DNA of 63,227 nucleotides, the filler included, from Collodictyon triciliatum (taxonomy: Eukaryota), in assembly GCA_043381765.1 (NCBI GenBank). It is 4 parts of 4 records of this genome, joined end to end, with 100 filler letters (N's around TTAATTAATTAA, not from the genome) between each part and the next. Parts side by side here need not be neighbours in the genome. Positions count along the whole stretch, not along the records: positions 1 to 19,589 come from JBHJMP010001288.1; 3 more parts are not named here. One strand, given 5' to 3'. Each line of letters opens with the position of its first letter. Position 1 is the stretch's first letter. The translations under genes and the position numbers were made by a program. A model generated the notes under the pieces. That model searched no databases. It had not been told where the DNA came from and saw only the letters and a list, made by a program, of their open reading frames with translations. Below, in pieces: positions 1 to 12,820 of the stretch.

Positions 1-82
1 GTTTTTTTTTTTTTTGTTTTGTTTTGTTTTTTTTGTTTTTGTTTTGTTTTTTTTTGTTTTGTTTTGTTTTGTTTTGTTTTGT
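1..82. repeat. (GTTTT)n simple repeat at the scaffold end
   Basis: Seen directly. Confidence 0.9.
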
Positions 83-1008
83 TCTGATAGCACTGTGGAG
101 GGTTGTGTGATTTGGTGGCGGTGTTGGATAGTCGCGTGAGTTTATTCCTTTCTCTTTTTCTTTTTCCTTTTTTTGGGGGGGGGGGGAAGTCCCGCGCTTC
201 CCAGTCTGTCCTCCTTTACGTGTCCCGCGGCCTTCCTAGCAGGCTGGTTTCTGCTCCTGTTTGATTGATCGGCCGCAGCGCCGAAAGGAGGATCTTATCA
301 AAGGGGCGTTGGGAATCTGATTTAATCCTCTTTCTAGTAATGGATGTGTTCTGGAATAAGTTGATTGCGCAACAATATGAGAGCACTGGCCCCGTTTAGC
401 CGAAATTAGATGCTTTAGTCAAGATAGTATGAATCAGCTAAGAGGTGAAGCACCTTGGTCAATTCAAAAAGGATGCAGCCACCACAATGAGGTCGTAAGT
501 GGCATACATATTAATAAAAATATATATATTGGGTGTACAATTTTATTATTAATGTGAATTTTATCCGCTAACAACTGTGATAATATCTATAATATTTAAT
601 TTCCAGAAATATCAAAGCATTTGCATTCTGCGCACCACACTTTTTCGGACGACCACTATGATTAATCTGCACCCTGCCGCGAGAGTCCACAAACCAAACT
701 GTCACGCTGCGGGAAGTTGAAGGTCCTTAAGGAAAGATCGTTCTAGAGGGCAACGCCTTCAATGAGAGCCTGCTCTACGCCATCCTCTCCTTTCTTAACC
801 ATCCTAATACACAAAAGAGATAAGAAAAAAAACCAGAAAGAACCTAAAAAAAAACTACCCTATTTCTTCCTTTCTCAGCCTTCTCCCTTGCGCGCTACAC
901 TCCTCCTTTGGCAGCCAGTCACCTTAACAAGGGCCGACTGAAGAACAAAGAACTAAAAACTTAACACAAAAAAAAACAAAAGAAGAAGAAAAGGCGTCAA
1001 TTAGATAG

Positions 1009-2512
<1,504 letters not shown>

Positions 2513-3181
2513 NNNNNNNNNNNNNNNNNNNNNNNNNNNNNNNNNNNNNNNNNNNNNNNNNNNNNNNNNNNNNNNNNNNNNNNNNNNNNNNNNNNNNNNN
2601 NNNNNNNNNNNNNNNNNNNNNNNNNNNNNNNNNNNNNNNNNNNNNNNNNNNNNNNNNNNNNNNNNNNNNNNNNNNNNNNNNNNNNNNNNNNNNNNNNNNN
2701 NNNNNNNNNNNNNNNNNNNNNNNNNNNNNNNNNNNNNNNNNNNNNNNNNNNNNNNNNNNNNNNNNNNNNNNNNNNNNNNNNNNNNNNNNNNNNNNNNNNN
2801 NNNNNNNNNNNNNNNNNNNNNNNNNNNNNNNNNNNNNNNNNNNNNNNNNNNNNNNNNNNNNNNNNNNNNNNNNNNNNNNNNNNNNNNNNNNNNNNNNNNN
2901 NNNNNNNNNNNNNNNNNNNNNNNNNNNNNNNNNNNNNNNNNNNNNNNNNNNNNNNNNNNNNNNNNNNNNNNNNNNNNNNNNNNNNNNNNNNNNNNNNNNN
3001 NNNNNNNNNNNNNNNNNNNNNNNNNNNNNNNNNNNNNNNNNNNNNNNNNNNNNNNNNNNNNNNNNNNNNNNNNNNNNNNNNNNNNNNNNNNNNNNNNNNN
3101 NNNNNNNNNNNNNNNNNNNNNNNNNNNNNNNNNNNNNNNNNNNNNNNNNNNNNNNNNNNNNNNNNNNNNNNNNNNNNNNNN

Positions 3182-4017
3182 CCTCCCCTTATACTTGGGA
3201 ATGTGCCTTGAGCCAGCGTGGAAATAACGCAAAGACGTGGGAGGGACTGATTTCTTCCAAGAGACTTCCGTTCATCGCTATGATGTGAGTTATTCTCACA
3301 CATATAGTCATTTTACAATAACTATCAGCTTTTATAAAGGTAACACTCGTAAAATGAAATTCAAAAGTGTTTTATTTTATTTTATATTTATAAATAGCCA
3401 TACTCTAATCACCCTCTTTCATATGAATAGGAGAAACTTACGTAGTATCATCAAGGTTGGAATCTCAGAAGAATACCACCAGGTGCAAATATTTTACTTT
3501 GGCCTCGTAAAGAGCTACCGAACCAAATCAACAACTCATAAATGACACCGAGTTGAAAATATGTCTTTCGATTTATAGTCATATTCAGCGTACATGAATA
3601 ATTTTCTGATATACAATCAACCATGATAGATTGTTTTAGCTCAAATTATCGACCCCAAATTCATTGAGAGAAGTGGAATGGCTCCGATGAGGTTCCTTGC
3701 CGCAGAAAAGGTTTCTATTCACATGCTTTGTGTCAATACAACAAATTAAAGCCTTTTACATGCAATAAAATCGTAAGAAGGAAAAAAAAAAAAAGGTAAG
3801 TTGAAATGCTTCCCTGGTCAATCTATCACCCACCCCAATTTTTTAAAGTCTCGATGAACCCAATTCAGGCCATTATTGATTTTGGAAAGAAGCTTTTGGA
3901 TGCACAGGCAGCATCCGCTCGCAAGAAAAGGGCAGAGATAGTAGCAGTCAGTATTTTGTTCATCACAAATCAACCTTAATCATCTTTGACTCAAGAGATA
4001 GCTGCTAATAATGCTAA

Positions 4018-4070
<53 letters not shown>

Positions 4071-6453
4071 GAAATGACTTGCACATGGTTTTAACAAATT
4101 GTTGATCAAATATATCGTCTTATGCTATTATCCATTTCATGACTCAGAGTGGAGCAAAGGGAAACAAACAAACTGTTTCATCCATATTGAAATCTGTCCC
4201 GTCGATGAGGGGCGGTAAAGCAAACTCTACCCAAAAAAATGCATCAAGCTCATCGTCTAAGTCTCAAAGTTCAAAATCCAAAGGAGCCCCGTCACCAAAA
4301 TCAAACACTGACACCATGGGAAAGCCCAGAAAGAAATATGTCGATGTGGTATACATGCCCTTTTTTTTTGAAGTTAAATAATCATGATAACATGTAATAC
4401 CATATATGCCTTTACTCGTGTTCCCTTGGTTCTCTTCAACTTTGGCCAGCCTTCTTTATCTTTTATTTTGAATGACTTATGATCGCACTAGAAAAAGTAC
4501 AACGAACAAGTTAAACGATACTCTACTGCCATCAATCGAGCTGTTGAGATCTCCATCACCCAAAACATCAAACCGATCAAAGGTTAACACCTGACTCTTT
4601 TCCTTAAGGGATACGTTCATCTAAGCAAAACAACCACGTCTCCATTCTCCCTGTTTTTTTGTTTTTTTTTGTTTTTTTTTGTTTTTTTTTTTGTTACATA
4701 TATATTCAAGTCCTATCATCTTTATTATTCATACCATACTACTTTCGAACCCAAAGGTCGAACCATCATTCTGTGTGACCTTGGAAAAGACATGGGTGCT
4801 CAGATCAAAAGAAAGGGGTCTACCCTCGCAGATGTAAATGACGATTTCAAATGCCTTGTCTTCGCATCATATACACCATTTTATTTTTACGTGAAAATCA
4901 GTCAAATTCACTTATTATTAACGACACTCATCAAAACCTTGAAGCTGCGTTCCCTTGCTATGATGCTCTCACTCATCACGCACCGTCGTGCGGTGTCGAC
5001 GTGCATTTTGCGTGGGTTTTGTGGACGACCTGAAAATGGAGACGATGCCATCATCCAGCAGGTGACAATTGCTTTTCTATACCTAATGACCCCTTCCATC
5101 AGAGACTCTGTTGATCCTAACTTTTTTTTAAAAGAAAAAATCAAGCAAAATTGACGTTTTATATGTAATTTCATTTCATTTCATTTCATTTCACGTCACT
5201 GTGTGTTTCGTTCGGATGTAAATAGCCTCCTTGTGACTTCCGTACCATAATGCCTTGATATATGTTGCCTAATCTAGTTGAATGTTCCAAAAAACATGGG
5301 TCTTCTGGGGTCGCTGGAGGACATCTTGAAGAAAATTCAAACCCAACCGACTCCGAGCGAATTCCCTCTTTCCTACATATCAGAATTGATTGACCATAAG
5401 GTTTGTCTAGACTTATAATTACAGCTGCAAAAAAAAATAAAAAAAAATAATAATCCATCGACCAAATACCAGGGCTCTAAATATTTTTAAATTGAACAAA
5501 ATATTCACACACACATCACACGTCACACAGGTCGTCGTCGATAACATCATTGTATTTACTGCATCTCCTGGATATCCGAATGCGACTCCCCAACAAATTC
5601 ACGATTCCATCACAAGATATAGACGAGTGGTCAGCCCGAATATGCGCTTCTTTGTCGTTGATTTGTCAGGAAAAGGATACCAGGTGAGCTGATAAACCTG
5701 TCTGAGTATGTTTAGCCATCAATACAAACAGCTGCGCAGTTCCTCCCCGATATCTATTTACATCTAATAAAGATGTATTTTGTGTATATTTCAATAGATT
5801 CTTGATCTGCAGTCGGGAAATATCACACCCAATGATGTTCTGATTTCTGGTTTCTCAGAGAGCGTATTGTCGCTCATCAGTGAAAGAGAAAGCTCTCAAG
5901 TTGAGAAAGTCCAAAATATTGACATTGAACTTGGACTTGCGGTTGGCAATACCCCATATATAAAAGAAACAAAGGAAATATCAACTCTTCGCCTAACTAG
6001 TTCATATTTTGATCATGGGGATATATTGATACTTATCTTCGGTTGTATTGTTAATGATTCTTTTATTTGCAGACACCGATCGCTCTGGAGGACACACGCG
6101 TCCCATATGAAGACATCCCGAAGAACTTTATCTGCCCCATCACTAGAGAAGTCATGGAGAGCCCTGTATATTCCTTTCATATTTCTACTCATAGAATATA
6201 TTTATACAAATGTATATCGAATTTGCAATGGAGCACTTTTTTTTGAAAATTTTTTTTTCCCCCTTTTCTCCCATTCTTTAATCTCCATTTTACTTATTTT
6301 TATATTTATTATCTCATTTTAATATCGCCATTAAAGGTTTTGGCCTCTGATGGACACTCTTATGAAGAATCTGCCATCAAGCACTGGTTCAGTAAGTCAA
6401 GAATCAGTCCGCTCACCGGTCTGCAATTGGTCTCCCTAGAGATCACTCCCAAT
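3182..6453 (+). CDS. TEP1/p80-like TROVE + vWA protein with a downstream U-box (partial; both ends in gaps)
   Basis: Spliced exons read YTWECALSQRGNNAKTWEGLISSKRLPFIAMMRNLRSIIKVG, PMRFLAA, RYSTAINRAVEISITQNIKPIKGRTIILCD, FPLSYISELIDHKVVVDNIIVFT, RYRRVVSPNMRFFVVDLSG and NDVLISGFSESVLSLI. They continue into the U-box [35 protein letters not shown]...SPLTG (exons 6073-6165, 6337-6453). Confidence 0.85.
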
Positions 6454-8199
6454 NNNNNNNNNNNNNNNNNNNNNNNNNNNNNNNNNNNNNNNNNNNNNNN
6501 NNNNNNNNNNNNNNNNNNNNNNNNNNNNNNNNNNNNNNNNNNNNNNNNNNNNNNNNNNNNNNNNNNNNNNNNNNNNNNNNNNNNNNNNNNNNNNNNNNNN
6601 NNNNNNNNNNNNNNNNNNNNNNNNNNNNNNNNNNNNNNNNNNNNNNNNNNNNNNNNNNNNNNNNNNNNNNNNNNNNNNNNNNNNNNNNNNNNNNNNNNNN
6701 NNNNNNNNNNNNNNNNNNNNNNNNNNNNNNNNNNNNNNNNNNNNNNNNNNNNNNNNNNNNNNNNNNNNNNNNNNNNNNNNNNNNNNNNNNNNNNNNNNNN
6801 NNNNNNNNNNNNNNNNNNNNNNNNNNNNNNNNNNNNNNNNNNNNNNNNNNNNNNNNNNNNNNNNNNNNNNNNNNNNNNNNNNNNNNNNNNNNNNNNNNNN
6901 NNNNNNNNNNNNNNNNNNNNNNNNNNNNNNNNNNNNNNNNNNNNNNNNNNNNNNNNNNNNNNNNNNNNNNNNNNNNNATCCACGAGACCGTCCAAATCCA
7001 GAGCGAACAGGTTTCTTTCTCGCGAATCACTCTTTCCTTTATACTCTGCTAAACTTTGGTATGACAGCGAGCCAAATCAATAATTGTAAATTAGAGATAT
7101 GCTCAATTTCTCTGGACTAAGATACACATGCCGCACTGTGTTTATCCCCATGATGAATATTAAATATACTTTTATATTTCAATCTCTAGGGNNNNNNNNN
7201 NNNNNNNNNNNNNNNNNNNNNNNNNNNNNNNNNNNNNNNNNNNNNNNNNNNNNNNNNNNNNNNNNNNNNNNNNNNNNNNNNNNNNNNNNNNNNNNNNNNN
7301 NNNNNNNNNNNNNNNNNNNNNNNNNNNNNNNNNNNNNNNNNNNNNNNNNNNNNNNNNNNNNNNNNNNNNNNNNNNNNNNNNNNNNNNNNNNNNNNNNNNN
7401 NNNNNNNNNNNNNNNNNNNNNNNNNNNNNNNNNNNNNNNNNNNNNNNNNNNNNNNNNNNNNNNNNNNNNNNNNNNNNNNNNNNNNNNNNNNNNNNNNNNN
7501 NNNNNNNNNNNNNNNNNNNNNNNNNNNNNNNNNNNNNNNNNNNNNNNNNNNNNNNNNNNNNNNNNNNNNNNNNNNNNNNNNNNNNNNNNNNNNNNNNNNN
7601 NNNNNNNNNNNNNNNNNNNNNNNNNNNNNNNNNNNNNNNNNNNNNNNNNNNNNNNNNNNNNNNNNNNNNNNNNNNNNNNNNNNNNNNNNNNNNNNNNNNN
7701 NNNNNNNNNNNNNNNNNNNNNNNNNNNNNNNNNNNNNNNNNNNNNNNNNNNNNNNNNNNNNNNNNNNNNNNNNNNNNNNNNNNNNNNNNNNNNNNNNNNN
7801 NNNNNNNNNNNNNNNNNNNNNNNNNNNNNNNNNNNNNNNNNNNNNNNNNNNNNNNNNNNNNNNNNNNNNNNNNNNNNNNNNNNNNNNNNNNNNNNNNNNN
7901 NNNNNNNNNNNNNNNNNNNNNNNNNNNNNNNNNNNNNNNNNNNNNNNNNNNNNNNNNNNNNNNNNNNNNNNNNNNNNNNNNNNNNNNNNNNNNNNNNNNN
8001 NNNNNNNNNNNNNNNNNNNNNNNNNNNNNNNNNNNNNNNNNNNNNNNNNNNNNNCTGCAATTCTTTAGAGAAGAAAGAAATATGCATCCTTATTTTTGTG
8101 CTTCACCTGCCTAAATAATTATCTCTCCCTGTTTATTTACTTTTTTTTCGTTGTAATTTCTTACATCCCAATAATTTGCATTTTCACGCTTGAAAAATA

Positions 8200-9047
8200 T
8201 AAATAGAATCCAAAGAGTCTCTATGTCAAGTTTTACAATCCAGTCTCGCGATGAGGTCATCGCTTCCCCGCTATCTCGCACTGCCCACCACACACTGCAT
8301 CTGCCCATAGTCTCGTTTATCTCTCGTCAGTCCCAAAATCAGTGCGTTGTGACATGCGAACTGAATATGGAGGTTTGTTTTCATGAGCACCACCAGAGTA
8401 AATCCGATAAAAACATAAATCATGATAATAACAATGCCTGAGTTTATGACCACTTCTTTGCCTGCCAGGAAACACAAATCGAGGCTCTCAGAGTAATCAC
8501 CCCCCGAAATCAATATGTATCTGGTAATAACAAAAATGAACTCCACGGTTTAGGCATATCTTGAAATGAGTGATTTTTTTTTTTCGTGCAGGCACTGTTT
8601 TTCGCACTTTCATCGACTCTCTTTGATTAATTCATAAACTCCACTGACGCACAAAATTCTTGCAATATAGGAATACTTGAGTTGTACGTCATGGTCGAGG
8701 GTTTGAGCGTTCCTGTGAAACTCCAAAACGAGGTTATGTTCCGCATCTTCAAGGAGACAGGTATCTTATCACCTTTTTACTAATTGTCACATGCATGCGT
8801 AAACATATACACTTTTACTGGCAGACTTTTATCACATCGTTTCTGTTGTGTTATGGTTTGACATTAAATATATGTGGAAGCCTTTCAAGTACGCCTAACA
8901 AATCACATATGTGAATGCAAATCAGAAACCTTCTACATCGCAAATGCGGCGCGCGGCCTCAAGAGTAAGTGGGATGATTTACCAGACTGGGCGAAAACGG
9001 CCCTGAAAGCAACTGTCAAACTGGCCATCAAAGCAGCTTTGGCTTGA
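8200..9047 (+). CDS. 3' exons of a protein of unknown function; may be the C-terminus of the TROVE/U-box gene
   Basis: Phase-consistent GT-AG exons ..8372, 8469-8523, 8671-8760 and 8926-9047 read ...CELNME/ETQIEALRVITPRNQYVSG/ILELYVMVEGLSVPVKLQNEVMFRIFKETE/TFYIANAARGLKSKWDDLPDWAKTALKATVKLAIKAALA*. The 5' boundary is approximate. Confidence 0.6.
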
Positions 9048-9190
9048 AGTGGCAGCGGAAGATACCAAGGAACCAGATCGCAAAAAAAAAAAAAAAGGTT
9101 CAACACAGAATAAATTCTTGCGCGCCAACCAAACAACAGATGCATATATCGACTGGTTTGTGATTGGTGTTTTATTTGAAGAATCGTGGT

Positions 9191-10500
9191 TTAATTGGGT
9201 AGCTTCTTTTCGATGGGTGCGTGTGTGTAGCTTCGCTTTCCTTCACCGTAGTTTGCAACGCAGTGGCCATCACCGTACAATCTGTGTGCAGTTCGTGACA
9301 AAATGGTAATACCGTCATGGAAGTCAACGTTTCTTTCTTTCTTTTCTTTTGCAAGAAAGCAGTATGTGTGCGTATATCATGATGCGTCAACGTACCTGTA
9401 CTTATAAATCACCATCCCGTCCAAACCAACCGGGCCACGCGCGTGGGTCTTGTGTGTGCTGACACCAACCTGAGAGAGGAAAGAAGTCAGATCAAAATAT
9501 ATTGTAAACAGAATAAAATAAGCGCCTGGGACTGGCATACCTCAGCTCCAAAGCCATATCTGAAGCCATCAGCAAATCGTGTGGATGCGTTGTGGTAGAC
9601 ATTAGCAGAATCCACATTCCTTTCAACATTCGTTAAGCAACAATAATCAGTTGAAAAGCATTGGGCGTAGCTTTGAAGGAGTTGAGGAAAATAAAATGGA
9701 AAAAAAAATGAAAAGATATGTAAAAGCAAATTACAAAATGAAAGAGAGAATAAGCAGGAAAGAAATATTAATGGAAATAAAAGTACGGAGAACAAAGTTG
9801 TTTTTTTTTTTTTTAAAAAAAAAAAAAGTCAAACCGCATGAACATTTCAGCATTCTGCCTATTTTCTGTAACAATTGCATCAGTGTGGTGGCTTCCGTGT
9901 GAATTTATGTGTTCGATAGCCTCCTTGAGAGAACCGACTGTCTTCACGGCCATAACCTACATAAGAATGCATATAAAACTGATAGTTAGCTCAAGTACAA
10001 CAACTCTCTCAATTGAATTATTATCATATAATGTATAGTTAGTTTGGAAAGCTGAATAATGAATAAAGTAACAAAAGAAGCTTAATGAGGAAAAGTGTAC
10101 CAACTCAAGAAACTCAGTATGATAATCTTCATCCGAAGACAACGCTAGTTTTGTTGTGACACCTTGTAAAATATCAAAGGCCTCCTTATCAGCTCGAAGT
10201 TCAACACCTTTGGAAGACAAGGCAGCTCCAATCTTGGGAAGGAGAGTAGGTGCTGCATTTCGGTGCACAAGAAGCGTTTCGCCTGCATTGCAAACAGAGG
10301 GATATTGAGTTTTGCTGTCAACTGGAATGTCCACGGCTTTTTGAACGTCGGCGTGTTCGTCAATGAAAACAGAGCAAATCCCATCCGCGTGGCCCATGAC
10401 AGGAATACGGGTTGAGTTTTGAATGAACTTGACGAGCGCATTTGAGCCACGGGGGATTACAAGGTCGATATAAGAATCCAATTCCAAGAGAGTCCTATTT

Positions 10501-10544
<44 letters not shown>

Positions 10545-11892
10545 AAAGAAAGAAAGAAGAGGTGTTCATGTGAATGAAAGAGTGAAAACGTAATAATGGT
10601 ATATCATTTCAACTTTCAAACGGTATGGCTGTAAGGAAGACTGGGTATGAGCGCTTGCTTCAAAGCAGATGAGAGAAGAAAAAAGCCTGGTAATTCAAAG
10701 CATAGAGGGAAAATGATAATATTGATGAAAACTATTGGTTTATTTCTGATATACTTTATTTCTTCGCGTGTGTTTACAAGTTGAACAGCGTCCACAGGAA
10801 AATCTGGGATTCTATGAAAACAAAAAGCGATTTAGACGATAAAAAATGCAAAGGATACGGTAGAATTAATTGCACGGAGGAAATAAAACCAAAATTCTCT
10901 CGAATAAAACACAAACGCCTGTAATGCCTCACGGAATGTGGATATCAGCGCATCGTTGGACTTTTCAGCCTCTTTGCCTCCCTTAAGAATGACAGCGTTT
11001 GCAGACTTTAAGCATAGGGAAGCTATTTGGATGGCAGCTTCTGGTCTGTTGATGAGAAGATTAGAATAAAATAAAATAAAATAAAATAAAATAAAATAAA
11101 ATAAGAAACGAGGCCAAGAAAAAATGCTTCATACACCCGAAGTTAGCCAAAAGAAATGTAATTGGTATATGGTGTGAAAATCAATTGCGGCTCGTGGGAA
11201 TGCACCTTGCTTCGAAAATAACGCAGACAACACCGATGGGACAGGTGACACGGTACAGGTTGAGGCCCTGGTCCATCTCTGTGGCCAATGTAACTTGACC
11301 GACAGGGTCCTCCAAACGGGCAACATCCAAAAGGCCATGAAGGAGAGCATCGAATTTGGATCCGCGCAGATCCAATCTGCGCAAAAGACTGGCGGACAGC
11401 TTGCCTTCCTCAACAGCCTACGGAGAGATTCAACATTGTACGCTGATTGATTCGCATGGTATGAATGGCGGCTTGGTTGTTGAAATAAAATATTGCCTTC
11501 TTAGCCGCGGTAATGTCCGCATCGTTGGCCTCTTCGATTGCAGCCCTAAATCATTCTCTATTAGTGATTAGATATCTTACTCTGCAGACGCCAAATCATA
11601 GATGGATAAATGAATAAAATTAAAAATTAAATGAATGAATGAATGATAGAAAATCTAGGATAGAAGGCAAATTGATAAAGATACACGCAGCTTCTATATA
11701 AAAAGAAATAAAGAAACAACAGATACGCGAAAGATCCGCGTGCTTTGCGAATTACAACAAGACAAACCTCCTTTCAGTCAGGAGTTTATGGACACGAACG
11801 AGAGCATCGTTTTTTTCCTCCGTAGAATATGCAGCCAGCCTCAGGGCAGCTGCTCTCGCCTGCTTGGCCACTTGCACAATGTCGGAAGCCAT
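9191..11892 (-). CDS. proA: Gamma-glutamyl phosphate reductase (glutamate-5-semialdehyde dehydrogenase), stand-alone ProA/PRO2 type, multi-exon
   Basis: Starts [15 protein letters not shown] at 11892. Motifs [65 protein letters not shown] and [10 protein letters not shown]. Ends ...EKKLPN* at 9191. Confidence 0.95.
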
Positions 11893-11934
11893 CCCTGCCA
11901 GTTGCAAGCGTTTTATGGATTCCTACTAATTATC

Positions 11935-12034
<100 letters not shown>

Positions 12035-12820
12035 TTGCAAGGTGCAGGTATGCTTCTTGCAATTATATTTAAACCACGCTCACATAGAGCGCTACTTGCG
12101 ACTGGCTGAGTGCTGTATGAGGAACCAACTAACAAAAAGAAAAAAAGAGAAAGAAGAAAGAAAAGAGAAAAGAGAAAGAGAAAAAAATAGTGGCGGGCAA
12201 GGAAAAAAATGGAGCCAGCTACTGTTGTTGTGTTGCGATTACGACTTTCGTAAGGCTAACAGAAGTGGGAAATCATACCATATGTGGAATGGCAGCACCC
12301 TTTGTCAGAGGTCACATCTGCTTTGATGCTTTGACACACACTTACGGCCGAGGTGNNNNNNNNNNNNNNNNNNNNNNNNNNNNNNNNNNNNNNNNNNNNN
12401 NNNNNNNNNNNNNNNNNNNNNNNNNNNNNNNNNNNNNNNNNNNNNNNNNNNNNNNNNNNNNNNNNNNNNNNNNNNNNNNNNNNNNNNNNNNNNNNNNNNN
12501 NNNNNNNNNNNNNNNNNNNNNNNNNNNNNNNNNNNNNNNNNNNNNNNNNNNNNNNNNNNNNNNNNNNNNNNNNNNNNNNNNNNNNNNNNNNNNNNNNNNN
12601 NNNNNNNNNNNNNNNNNNNNNNNNNNNNNNNNNNNNNNNNNNNNNNNNNNNNNNNNNNNNNNNNNNNNNNNNNNNNNNNNNNNNNNNNNNNNNNNNNNNN
12701 NNNNNNNNNNNNNNNNNNNNNNNNNNNNNNNNNNNNNNNNNNNNNNNNNNNNNNNNNNNNNNNNNNNNNNNNNNNNNNNNNNNNNNNNNNNNNNNNNNNN
12801 NNNNNNNNNNNNNNNNNTTT

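Noticed and set aside
90-920. Y RNA, vault RNA, tRNA or SINE upstream of the TROVE locus
   Set aside because: GC-rich patches exist, but I could not find a cloverleaf, convincing A/B boxes or a terminal stem. A covariance-model search would be needed.
8761-8925. U12-type intron (donor GTATCTT)
   Set aside because: The donor deviates from GTATCCTT and there is no clear TCCTTAAC branch site.
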